This document shows positions 39,171 to 48,246 of a DNA stretch of 48,949 nt, piece by piece (within the stretch, counting starts at the first letter, position 1; each line of letters begins with the position of its first letter). The notes under the pieces are model-generated. The model saw only the letters and a program-made list of their open reading frames with translations. It was not told the origin of the DNA and searched no databases. The position numbers and the translations under genes were made by a program. The stretch lies in contig JAYUUN010000040.1 of NCBI GenBank assembly GCA_043754535.1, forward strand, positions 1 to 48,949, given 5' to 3'. This DNA comes from Chloroflexota bacterium (GTDB lineage Bacteria > Chloroflexota > Chloroflexia > QHBQ01).

Positions 39171-40670
39171 ATGGAAACAGTAGAGAGCAAGCCCCGTTTG
39201 GGAACGTTGGTGGCGATCAGCTTCGGTTTGTTGCTGCTGCTGGGCAGCCTGTTCGTTGCAGGATCAGCCCTCGCTGGGCAGAGCAGCGGCCACCAGCACC
39301 ACGCAGGCGCGCAACCCCCAGCCAGCTTCCTCGATGCCAGCCACATTGGCCCCAGCAGCGTGATCACGGTGGAGATGGGCGACAACTTCTTCGCCCCCAC
39401 CGTAGTAACGATCACCGCTGGCGACACTGTGGTTTGGCACAATGGCGGTAACTTCTTCCACAATGTGCGCGCAGATAGCAGCACCGGGCCGCTTGGTTAC
39501 ACCCAGCCGCAGGACTTCCTGACCGACTTTGCCGCCCCGGAGTCGAATGTTGGGCAGCCGCATAGCGTGCAGCACACCTTCTACCGCCCTGGTCGCTACT
39601 ACTACTGGTGCGACCCACACGCCCCTGACATGGCTGGCATTGTAGATGTGCTGCCGCAGGTGGTGCCAGTAGCAATAGGCAACAACTTCTTCAGCCCCAA
39701 TGTGGTCACGATTACCGCTGGTACCGTGGTCTCGTGGACAAACCCGACCAGCAACGCCCGCTCTCACACCGTCACCTCCACCACCCCGCCTGGTATCCTC
39801 AACTCTGGCACACTGGCGGCAGGTAATGTTTACACCCACGCCTTTGCTACTGCTGGCACCTATCAATACCAATGTGACTTCCATGCTGGCATGGCTGGCA
39901 CCGTAGTGGTGATCGACCCACCCACGCCCACGCCAACCCCTGGCCCAACCAACACCAGGGCCGCTAGTAGTCCAACTGCTACTACTGCTGCTGCTACCCC
40001 CACGGCCACCGCCGCCGCTGGCAGTGCGACAGCTACCCCTGGCGGCGCGACAGCTACCCCCTGTACCGTCAGCTTCACCGACGTGCCTAGTGGCTATATT
40101 TTCTACAACGAAATCCAGTACCTCGCCTGTCGTGGTGTCCTCAGCGGGTACCCCAACCCGAACCCGCCCGGCGGCAACAGCTTCCTGCCAAACAACAACA
40201 CGGCGCGAGGCCAGTTCGCCAAAATCGCCGCCCTCGGCTTTGGCTTGCCCGCCTTCACCCCAACTGGCAGCCAGACCTTCGTAGATGTTGCCCCCGGTAG
40301 CATCTTCTACGGCTACGTGGAGACTGCCGCTCATGCCGGGGCGGTCAACGGCCTGGCGGCCAGTCAGTGTGCCGCCCTCGGCACCCCCGGCAACTGCTAC
40401 GGCCCCAACGTGCTGATCAGCCGCGTACAGGTCGCCCTGATCGTGCAGCGCGTGCGCCAGTACGCCGTCGTCACCCCAACCCAGCCGACCTTCCGTGATT
40501 TGGCGGCCAACTCCTTTGGCTACGCAGCGGTTGAGACGCTGGCGAACCGGGGGATCATCAACGGGGCGGCTTGCAGCAGTGGCGGCGGCACTTGCTTCCG
40601 GCCTAATGATAATGTCAAGCGCGGTGAATTGTCCAAGATCGTCAAGCGAGCGATTGACAGCGCACCCTGA
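39171..40670 (+). CDS. SLH-anchored double cupredoxin (plastocyanin/azurin-like), paralog 1
   Basis: Signal peptide; FHNV..YWCDPHAPDM and SHTV..YQCDFHAGM type-1 Cu sites; Thr/Ala linker; three SLH repeats; ends KRAIDSAP-TGA. Confidence 0.9.
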   Translation: METVESKPRLGTLVAISFGLLLLLGSLFVAGSALAGQSSGHQHHAGAQPPASFLDASHIGPSSVITVEMGDNFFAPTVVTITAGDTVVWHNGGNFFHNVRADSSTGPLGYTQPQDFLTDFAAPESNVGQPHSVQHTFYRPGRYYYWCDPHAPDMAGIVDVLPQVVPVAIGNNFFSPNVVTITAGTVVSWTNPTSNARSHTVTSTTPPGILNSGTLAAGNVYTHAFATAGTYQYQCDFHAGMAGTVVVIDPPTPTPTPGPTNTRAASSPTATTAAATPTATAAAGSATATPGGATATPCTVSFTDVPSGYIFYNEIQYLACRGVLSGYPNPNPPGGNSFLPNNNTARGQFAKIAALGFGLPAFTPTGSQTFVDVAPGSIFYGYVETAAHAGAVNGLAASQCAALGTPGNCYGPNVLISRVQVALIVQRVRQYAVVTPTQPTFRDLAANSFGYAAVETLANRGIINGAACSSGGGTCFRPNDNVKRGELSKIVKRAIDSAP

Positions 40671-40768
40671 GTGCGCCCACCCACTTGCTAGCAATGGTAT
40701 AATGAGTAGGAGCGGCGGACAAGCTGCTCCTGCTCTTTGCTGTCCTGGATCAAGAAGGAGAGACGCTG

Positions 40769-42379
40769 ATGCGAGATGAGAAGCGTTTGCCCATCCTACC
40801 GCTGTTGGCCCTTGCCCTCGGCCTTACCATGCTGGTTAGTGGGCTGCTCATTGCTGGCTCAACCCTGGCGGCCCCTGCAAACCACAGTCTGCACCAGCCG
40901 CAGGGGGGTCTACCCTGCGACCAACGCCAGTTTGATGTGGATGCCAGCAACCACCCAGCCAACCAATCGATCACCGCTACCGTCGCGATCCAGAACTTCT
41001 GCTTTACCACCCGTGTGCTAACGATCACGGTTGGTGATACCGCCGCCTGGGACAACTACGACCAGATCGGCCACAATGCTTCAACGCTGAACAGCGGCAG
41101 CATCCCGCCAGAACCATTCCAGACCGCCTATGCCATCTCACCGACTAATCGCATTGTTAGCCGCACCTTCACCCTGGCCGGGGTCTACGACTACCTCTGC
41201 GACCCGCACCCGTTCATGACTGCGCGGATTGTGGTGCTGCCTGCGCCAGTGGCAATAAACATCCAGGGCTTCACCTTTGCCCCCCAGGTGCTGACCGTTA
41301 CGGTTGGCACGAGGGTGCAGTGGACGAACCGTGATGCTGCCAGCCACACCGTCAACTCGACCAGCCCACCGGGGGTGCTGAACTCTGGCAATCTTGCCCA
41401 GAACGCGATCTACAGCTACACATTCAGCACGGCTGGCACCTACGATTACCAGTGCAATATCCACACCGGCATGACTGGTCGTGTAGTCGTGCTTGGCCTG
41501 CCGCCCACCACAACCAGCACACCGAGTGCCATCCCCAGCCCGACTGCAACCACCCCCGGCCCACCAACGCGCACCTATACGCCCACGCCAACCTTCTCAG
41601 CCACCACCTGCCCGCCCTCGGTCTGCTGTGCTGGCGACAGCAACGACCCCCAGTGTACGACCACGCCCGGCCCACCAACGCGCACTTATACACCCACGCC
41701 GACCTTCTCAGCCACCACCTGCCCGCCCTCGGTCTGCTGTGCTGGCGATAGCAACCACCTCCAGTGTACGACCACGCCCGGCCCGCCAACGCGCACTTAC
41801 ACGCCCACGCCCACATCCACCCCTTGCCAACGCAGCTTCCCTGACGTGCCTGGCAGCTACATCTTCTACGACGACATCATCTTCCTCGCCTGTCGTGGGG
41901 TGATCAATGGCTATGCGGACGGTAACTTCAGGCCAAACGGCAACACAACGCGGGGTGAAGTGACGAAAATCATCGTCAGCGGCTTTGGCATCCCGCTGGT
42001 AACGCCGCCCGCCACGCCGCGCTTCGTGGACGTGCCAGCCAATCACCCCTTCTACCTCTACGTTGAGACGCTGGTTGGCAGGCAAGTGGTCAGCGGCTTC
42101 CCCGACGGCAACTTCCGCCCAAATGGGCTGGTGACGCGGGCGCAGCTAGCCAAAATCGTGGTAGGGGCTGGGAGCTACACCCTGGCAACCCCCACTGTAC
42201 CGACCTTCAGCGACGTGCCGAGCAGCAACGTCTTCTGGCAATACATCGAAACGCTGAACAGCAGGGCGATCATCAGCGGTGCGGCTTGTGGCAGCGGCCT
42301 CTGCTATCGCCCCAACGACAGCATCAAGCGCGGTGAACTCAGCAAGGTTGTGCATAGGGCGATAGACTCGACCCCTTTA
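40769..42379 (+). CDS. SLH-anchored double cupredoxin, paralog 2
   Basis: GHNA..YLCDPHPFM and SHTV..YQCNIHTGM; Cys-containing tandem linker; three SLH repeats; HRAIDSTP-TTA aligns with the paralog's stop. The standard-code end is 42532. Confidence 0.9.
41549..41815 (+). repeat. 111-bp (37-aa) tandem repeat, about 2.4 copies
   Basis: TTPGPPTRTYTPTPTFSATTCPPSVCCAGDSNxxQCT units start at 41549, 41660 and 41771. Confidence 0.93.
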
Positions 42380-42419
42380 CGCCCAGCAGTGGTAGCCAGC
42401 TTCAGTTCAATGGGAGACG

Positions 42420-42451
42420 AAAAGACCCACTTCGTGAGCAGTGGGTCTTTT
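42420..42451. terminator. Bidirectional intrinsic terminator
   Basis: AAAAGACCCACT-TCGTGAGC-AGTGGGTCTTTT: perfect 12-bp inverted repeat with A and T tracts, between convergent genes. Confidence 0.85.
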
Positions 42452-42461
42452 GGCCTGGAGT

Positions 42462-43184
42462 CTATTGTGGCTGGGTGGCTTGCTGCTCCGCCCGATAGTC
42501 GGCGAAGCGGTAGCCGAGGCCGCGTTCGTTGAAGATGTACTTCGGGTGGGCCGGGTCGATCTCGATCTTCTGGCGCAGGTAGGTAATGTAGAGGCGCAGC
42601 AACTGGGTGTCGTCGCGGTACTCGCGGCCCCAAACGCGGGTCAGCAGAGCCTCGTGGGTCAGCAGCCGTCCAGCATTGTTGACTAGCTGAGACAGCAGCC
42701 GGTACTCGGTGGGTCGCAGCTTCACCTCGTTGCCAGCGACGATCACCTCGCGCTTATCGAAGTCAATCGTCAGCCGCTCGTCGATCTTGACCGTCTCGCT
42801 GCTGCTCACTGTGGGGGCCATCGCCGCCCGCCGCAGGGCCGCCTTGATGCGACTGAGCAGCTCGCGGTGGCTGAAGGGTTTAGCAACATAGTCGTCGGCC
42901 CCCAGTTCAAGGCCGCGCACCCGATCTGCCTCGCTGGCCTGTACTGTCAGCATGATCACTGGCGTGTTGGTCGCCTGCCGCAGTTGCTTGAGCGTCTCAA
43001 AGCCGTCCATGCCAGGCATCATCACATCCAGCAGGATCAGGTCAGGGATCGCCTCGCGGGTTTTAGTGATCGCCTCGCGGCCAGTACTGGCGGTGATCAC
43101 CCCATATTCGGCCTGTTCCAGGATCGAGGTGAGCAGGTTGATCAAGTGTGGTTCGTCGTCTACGACGAGGATCGTCTGGGCCAC
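42462..43184 (-). CDS. OmpR/KdpE-family response regulator
   Basis: ILVVDDE, LLDVMMPGMDG, GADDYVAKPF, winged helix (YLRQKIE..GLGYRF). Confidence 0.95.
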   Translation of the reverse strand: MAQTILVVDDEPHLINLLTSILEQAEYGVITASTGREAITKTREAIPDLILLDVMMPGMDGFETLKQLRQATNTPVIMLTVQASEADRVRGLELGADDYVAKPFSHRELLSRIKAALRRAAMAPTVSSSETVKIDERLTIDFDKREVIVAGNEVKLRPTEYRLLSQLVNNAGRLLTHEALLTRVWGREYRDDTQLLRLYITYLRQKIEIDPAHPKYIFNERGLGYRFADYRAEQQATQPQ

Positions 43185-43234
43185 TTTCTTTCTCCTTCGG
43201 GTGGGGCAGCGGGCAGGGGCGTCAGCCCAAACCC

Positions 43235-45034
43235 TCAGTCCTCCTTGCTGACAGGTAGGGTGAAAGCAAATCTTGCGCCGCCGCTAGCCGCTTCTTCCAC
43301 CCAGATGCTACCACCGAGGGCGTTGATGATCTCGCGGGCGATGTAGAGGCCCAAACCCACCCCCTTCGCCTCGCGTACCATGCGCCCCTCCAGGCGGGTG
43401 AAGGGGGTGAAGATGCGCTCTCGCTCCTCCGCTGGCACGCCTTCACCCTCGTCGCTGACGCTGAACAGGACGTGACTAGCCCGCCGTTCAGCGGCCAGGG
43501 TGATCTCGCCCGCCCCATACTTCAGCGAGTTCTCCACCAGGTTGGTCAACACCTGCTCAATCCGCTGCTCATCGCCAATCACCACGGGCAGTTGCTCCTC
43601 GCCAGCCACTTCATCGCCCTTTGGTGGGTAAGGGGCAACGGTCAGCCTGCGCTCTGGCCGCTCGGCCACGAGGACACGCAGGCGGGTGGCGACCCGGTTG
43701 AGCAGGCTGTAGGGGTCGAGTGGCTCGCGGTTGATGTCCAGCTTACCCGCTTGCAAGCGAGTGACGGTCATCAAGTTCTCCACCATCTTGCTCAAGCGGT
43801 CGCTCTCCTGACTAACGATCTCCAACTGCTGGCGGGCGGTTGCGTTCTCCTCGCCGATGGTGTCGCCCAGCAGCCCTGCATAGCCCTTGATCACCGCAAT
43901 CGGGGTTTGCAACTCGTGGCTGACGACGGAGAGGAAGGTGGCCTGCATGGCCTCTGCTTCCTTGCGGGCGCGGATATCGTGCAGGGTGAGCGTAGCACCC
44001 AGTACGGCACCGTCGTTGCCGCGGATCAGCCCGCAACTGGCTTCCACTGGCACCCGCCGCCCGTCGTGGGCCAAGAGGGTGAGTTCCTGCACGGCGACAT
44101 AGCTGCTGTCGTTCAGGGTAGCGGTTAGCTGCTCGGTCAGCCAGCCGTCACCGACGTGCTGGCCGCGAATGGCTGGCAGGTTGCTGCTCTGCCCGCTGTC
44201 CCAGCGCGGCAAGTCGAAGGATGGTGAGTAGTTGCTGCCACTCTGCTGGCTGTTGGCTGCGGTGTGGAAGTCAAAGAGTTGCTCGGCATCCTGCCCCCAG
44301 GCCAGCGGCCCCGTCCAGCCGGTCAGCCGTTCGAGGGCGCGATTGAGGCCGATGATGCGCCGCTGCGGGTCTACCACCAGGATCGCCTCGCTGGTTTGCT
44401 GGATCACCTCCTCCAACCAGTGCTTCTCGTTGAGGATACGCTGCAAGAGGCGAGTATTCTGGGCGACGATGTCCACCTGATCTACAATAATCTGGTAGAT
44501 GTCGGGGCGGTTGAAGATATCCTCGCGGTCGCCACCCTCGCCTGGTTCGAGCAGGCAGAGCAGGCCCACCATACCGTCGCCGCCGCGTAGGGGGATGGCA
44601 ACCAGGTGGAGGTCGTGGCCCTTGAGCCGGGCTACGCCGCTAACTGCCTCCGCTGGGCTAAGGGTGAGGCCAAGCGTATGCTGGGCCTGCTGTTCGCCTG
44701 CCTCGCCTTGCAACTCTGGCATACTGCGGAGGCTGGCGGCCAGGCTGCGTGCCTCTCCCTCGCCCAACCCGACGCTGGCGGTGTAGAATGGACGATCCCC
44801 CTCGTAGAGAGCGACCATCCCCGCCTGGCTGCCAGCCGCATGAACCACCTTGTTGATCATCGCCTCCAGCATACTGCGCGGGTCGGGCGTGCTACCGTCC
44901 GCGTTGACTGTCTGGTTGGTATGCACCTCGTCGGGGTCGCGGGCAGGCTGGCTAACCCGCTGTGAGGATGTCTCGCTACTTGGTTGGGCCGCCGCTTCGC
45001 TGATATTGCACTGGAACTTCTTCTTCTTGAACAT
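43235..45034 (-). CDS. GAF/PAS sensor histidine kinase
   Basis: PAS segment (EAILVVD..NRALERLTGW), SHELQTPI, NLVENSLKY, DEGEG, GVGLGL. Confidence 0.92.
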   Translation of the reverse strand: MFKKKKFQCNISEAAAQPSSETSSQRVSQPARDPDEVHTNQTVNADGSTPDPRSMLEAMINKVVHAAGSQAGMVALYEGDRPFYTASVGLGEGEARSLAASLRSMPELQGEAGEQQAQHTLGLTLSPAEAVSGVARLKGHDLHLVAIPLRGGDGMVGLLCLLEPGEGGDREDIFNRPDIYQIIVDQVDIVAQNTRLLQRILNEKHWLEEVIQQTSEAILVVDPQRRIIGLNRALERLTGWTGPLAWGQDAEQLFDFHTAANSQQSGSNYSPSFDLPRWDSGQSSNLPAIRGQHVGDGWLTEQLTATLNDSSYVAVQELTLLAHDGRRVPVEASCGLIRGNDGAVLGATLTLHDIRARKEAEAMQATFLSVVSHELQTPIAVIKGYAGLLGDTIGEENATARQQLEIVSQESDRLSKMVENLMTVTRLQAGKLDINREPLDPYSLLNRVATRLRVLVAERPERRLTVAPYPPKGDEVAGEEQLPVVIGDEQRIEQVLTNLVENSLKYGAGEITLAAERRASHVLFSVSDEGEGVPAEERERIFTPFTRLEGRMVREAKGVGLGLYIAREIINALGGSIWVEEAASGGARFAFTLPVSKED

Positions 45035-45048
45035 CTTGTAACTCGTTT

Positions 45049-46023
45049 CTAAGCCCGTTTCGGCTCGTCGCCGAGCGGCAGCGAGGGTAGTGGGGTAACT
45101 GCGCTCTGTTTGTTCATCTTCCGCTGCTTGCCTACTAGCTGGGGGGCGAACTCGGCCAGCAACATCCCGCCAAGGATCAGCCCACAGCCGAACAGTTGCC
45201 GCCCGCTCAACAACTCGCCGCCCAGTAGCCAGGCAAAGGCTGCCGCCGCCACCGGCTCAAGGGTGAAGATCAGAGCCACGTGCGTCGGGCTGGTGGCCCG
45301 CTGTGCTACCGCCTGCAACACCTGCGCCAGCGCGCTAGCTACCAGGCCCATAAAGACTGCCGCCAGTAGCACATTCGGCGGTAGCAGCCAGCCCACCCCC
45401 ACCGGCAACTCGAAAGCCACCGAACCCAGCAAGCTAAGTGCGCCTGCCACCGCCATCGCCACCAGCGACAGCCGCAGAGCGTCTGCTTCTGCTGCATAGC
45501 GGCTAACCAGCACGATCTGCATGGCGAAGCAGGCTGCCGAAGCAATCTGGAGCCAGTCGCCAATCCCCACCGTGAAGCCGTCCTGCACGCTAAGCAGAGC
45601 CAGGCCGACAACCGCTACCACCACCCCGACGACAGGCCAGACCCCAGGCCGCTGGCCCAGCAGCAGGTAGGCAAAGAGCGGCACCAGCACGACCGACAGC
45701 CCTGTAATGAAGCCCGCATTGCTGGCGGTAGTGTACTGCAAGCCGACAGTCTGCAAGATGAAGCCCAGCCAGTAGGCAAGGCCGATCAGCAGGCCACCAG
45801 CCAACTCCCGTCGCCGCCAGCCAGCCCACCTGCCCGTGAACAGCACGATCAGCAGCAAGGCAGCCGCACCACTGCCAAAGCGTACGCTGAGAAAGAGCAG
45901 CGGCGCAGTCTCCCTTAGCGCGTCCTTGATCAGGATGAAGGTTGCGCCCCAGATCAGCACTACGCCGACCAGCGATAGGTCTGCGGCTAGCTGCTTGTTT
46001 GCTCTTGCTGTTTGCTCTTGCAT
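45049..46023 (-). CDS. DMT/EamA family transporter
   Basis: IWGATF, GLQYTTASNAGFITG, LIFTLEPV; about 10 TM. Confidence 0.92.
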   Translation of the reverse strand: MQEQTARANKQLAADLSLVGVVLIWGATFILIKDALRETAPLLFLSVRFGSGAAALLLIVLFTGRWAGWRRRELAGGLLIGLAYWLGFILQTVGLQYTTASNAGFITGLSVVLVPLFAYLLLGQRPGVWPVVGVVVAVVGLALLSVQDGFTVGIGDWLQIASAACFAMQIVLVSRYAAEADALRLSLVAMAVAGALSLLGSVAFELPVGVGWLLPPNVLLAAVFMGLVASALAQVLQAVAQRATSPTHVALIFTLEPVAAAAFAWLLGGELLSGRQLFGCGLILGGMLLAEFAPQLVGKQRKMNKQSAVTPLPSLPLGDEPKRA

Positions 46024-46025
46024 TG

Positions 46026-46904
46026 CTACTTGATCGCCGTCAGGCCGAAGGCATCCTGCCGCTTTGTCACCTGCTTGAAGCCCGCATCTTGCAGCCGTTG
46101 CAGCACGCCACGCACCACCCGCCCGCCAGAGTTGCTCTCCAGGTCGCCAATATAGTGAAAGAGTTTGCCGCCGCGCTTCAGCACCCGGTACAGTTGTTTG
46201 TAGAACGCGCCAGAGTAGAGTTCCCCACCCAGGCTGAAGGTGGGTGGGTCGTGGATGATGCGGCTGAAGCGGTCATCCGCCAGCTTCGGCACTTCCTCAT
46301 AACTGTCGCCCACCACCTGCTGGATGCGCGGGTTGCTGAACAACTCTCGCGACCAGGGGTTGAGGCGGGCCACCTGCAAGCTGGCGGGGTCTAGCTCGAT
46401 GGTCAGCACGCGGCTCACCGCCCCGCGCGCCGCCTCAATCGCAGTGTAGCCCAGACCGGTGGCGGTATCCAGCACCTCACCGCTGAGGGGAGCTATCGTC
46501 TTGACCTTGCGGCGGGTGTCTTCCAGCGGGTTGGTATCCTTGATGCGGTGCATAACGATGCCGCTAACCAGCATGGTGGGGGCCGACTCGGTGGCGATCA
46601 GGGTGCGTAGCCAGTTGGTTTGGCCGCTGAAGATCATGATCTCCCTCGCCGTGCCACCTTCGATGGTGTAACACTTGTAGAAGCCCTTGCGCCCACCCTC
46701 GCTCACCTTCACTACTTCATCCCAGGGCAGATGCTGGCCGTCAGGTAGCAAAACCCCAGCCTCGTCCAGCTCTACCGCCACCCGCGTTTGGTTGAGGTCG
46801 AGCGAGAGAGTAGTGTGGGTGGTGCCAACCCGCTTCGCTTGTAGCAGAGGGAACACCTGCACGTAGGAGAGGATGGGCGGTTGGCTTTGGCTGCTTTGTT
46901 CCAT
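46026..46904 (-). CDS. Class I SAM-dependent methyltransferase (COG2521-like)
   Basis: VLDTATGLGYTAI, IELDP, NPWSREL, IIHDPPTFSLGGELYS. Confidence 0.88.
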   Translation of the reverse strand: MEQSSQSQPPILSYVQVFPLLQAKRVGTTHTTLSLDLNQTRVAVELDEAGVLLPDGQHLPWDEVVKVSEGGRKGFYKCYTIEGGTAREIMIFSGQTNWLRTLIATESAPTMLVSGIVMHRIKDTNPLEDTRRKVKTIAPLSGEVLDTATGLGYTAIEAARGAVSRVLTIELDPASLQVARLNPWSRELFSNPRIQQVVGDSYEEVPKLADDRFSRIIHDPPTFSLGGELYSGAFYKQLYRVLKRGGKLFHYIGDLESNSGGRVVRGVLQRLQDAGFKQVTKRQDAFGLTAIK

Positions 46905-46911
46905 AAGGTAA

Positions 46912-46940
46912 AGTTTAGTTTGCCAGGGCTGGAATGTCAA
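46912..46940 (-). promoter_or_regulatory. Sigma70 promoter of the methyltransferase operon (probably leaderless)
   Basis: Minus-strand TTGACA (46940-46935), 17 nt, TAAACT (46917-46912); ATG 7 nt downstream; no SD. Confidence 0.7.
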
Positions 46941-46953
46941 GCCGAAACGCTAA

Positions 46954-46982
46954 TTGACCTCTCACGCAGCGGTCGTTATAAT
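46954..46982 (+). promoter_or_regulatory. Sigma70 promoter of iscS
   Basis: TTGACC (46954-46959), 17 nt, TATAAT (46977-46982). Confidence 0.75.
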
Positions 46983-47036
46983 GATAGCAGGAAACAGCTA
47001 CCGATCTCCATAGGCATTGCGCTAGAACAGGGTGAA

Positions 47037-48242
47037 ATGATGGATGTTTTGCTCAACAGCGGCTCGCGCCGCCTCAACAGCGGCTCGCGCCGCCTCTACT
47101 TCGACCACGCCGCGACCACGCCCCTCGCCCCAGAGGTGCTAGCCGCCATGCTACCCTACTTCAATGCCAGCTATGGCAACCCCAGCAGCATCCACGCTGA
47201 GGGGCGGCTGGCACACGAAGGGTTGGAAGCGGCGCGGCGGCAGGTGGCAGCGGTGCTGCATTGCCGCCCGCAGGAAGTGATCTTTACCAGCGGCGGCACA
47301 GAGAGCGACAACCTCGCGCTCAAGGGGGTGGCTCTAGCTCACGAAGGTGGTCACATCATCACCAGCGCAGCAGAGCATCACGCGGTGCTGCACAGCGCAG
47401 AGTACCTTGCCCACCTCGGCTTCAAGGTGACATATCTACTAGTAGACAGATTTGGCATGGTCAGCCCCGACGATGTGGCAGCAGCGATCCAGCCCGACAC
47501 GCGGCTGATCAGCATCATGTACGCTAACAACGAGGTGGGGACGATCAACCCAATCCCGCAGATTGCAGCGGTGGCGCAGCAGGCTGCTGTGCCGTTCCAC
47601 AGCGATGCAGTGCAGGCGGGTGGCAGCCTCGACCTTGATGTGGAGCGGCTGGGGGTAGACTTGCTCTCGCTCTCGGCCCACAAGTTCTACGGGCCAAAGG
47701 GGGTGGGTGTGCTGTACGTCCGCGGTGGCAACCACTTGCTCTACCAACAGAGTGGCGGCTCGCAGGAGAGCAAGCGGCGGGCTGGCACGGAGAATGTGGC
47801 AGGGATCGTCGGCCTCGCCACCGCCCTAACCATCGCCGAGAGCAAGCGGGAGGTTGAAGCGGCCCGTCTGCTTGGCTTGCGCGAGCGGCTAATCGGGGGA
47901 GTGCTGAGCAGCATCCCCGACGCGATCCTCAACGGCCACCCTGTGGAGCGGCTACCTGGCAATGCCAACTTCTGCCTGCCCGACGTGGAGGCAGAGACGC
48001 TGTTGCTACGCCTCGATCTGCTGGGCATCGCGGCTAGCTCGGCCTCGGCTTGCACCAGCGGGGCGGTCGAACCAAGCCATGTGCTGCACGCAATGGGTAT
48101 CCCCGACGCACTGGCAGTGGGTAGCCTGCGCTTGAGCCTCGGCGCAAGCAACACGGAGGCCGACATAGACTATGTTCTCGCCAAACTGCCCGCCGTGGTC
48201 AACAGGCTACAGAGCCTGAAGTTGCACGAACGAAGTAGCTAA
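47037..48242 (+). CDS. iscS: Cysteine desulfurase (IscS/NifS group I)
   Basis: YFDHAATTP, GNPSSIH, FTSGGTESDN, HSDAVQ, SAHKFYGPKG (PLP Lys), RAGTEN, SASACTSG. Confidence 0.93.
   Translation: MMDVLLNSGSRRLNSGSRRLYFDHAATTPLAPEVLAAMLPYFNASYGNPSSIHAEGRLAHEGLEAARRQVAAVLHCRPQEVIFTSGGTESDNLALKGVALAHEGGHIITSAAEHHAVLHSAEYLAHLGFKVTYLLVDRFGMVSPDDVAAAIQPDTRLISIMYANNEVGTINPIPQIAAVAQQAAVPFHSDAVQAGGSLDLDVERLGVDLLSLSAHKFYGPKGVGVLYVRGGNHLLYQQSGGSQESKRRAGTENVAGIVGLATALTIAESKREVEAARLLGLRERLIGGVLSSIPDAILNGHPVERLPGNANFCLPDVEAETLLLRLDLLGIAASSASACTSGAVEPSHVLHAMGIPDALAVGSLRLSLGASNTEADIDYVLAKLPAVVNRLQSLKLHERSS
47052..47093 (+). repeat. Perfect 21-bp tandem duplication (LNSGSRR x2)
   Basis: CTCAACAGCGGCTCGCGCCGC twice, head to tail. 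Confidence 0.95.
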
Positions 48243-48246
48243 CCAA

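Noticed and set aside
41549..41815. Direct repeats considered as a CRISPR array
   Set aside because: In-frame 111-bp coding repeats with no unique spacers and no cas genes in the window.
46988..47000. CAGGAAACAGCTA, matching 13 nt of the M13 reverse primer
   Set aside because: The match stops at 13 of 17 nt with no other vector sequence, and it sits in a normal iscS leader; treated as chance.
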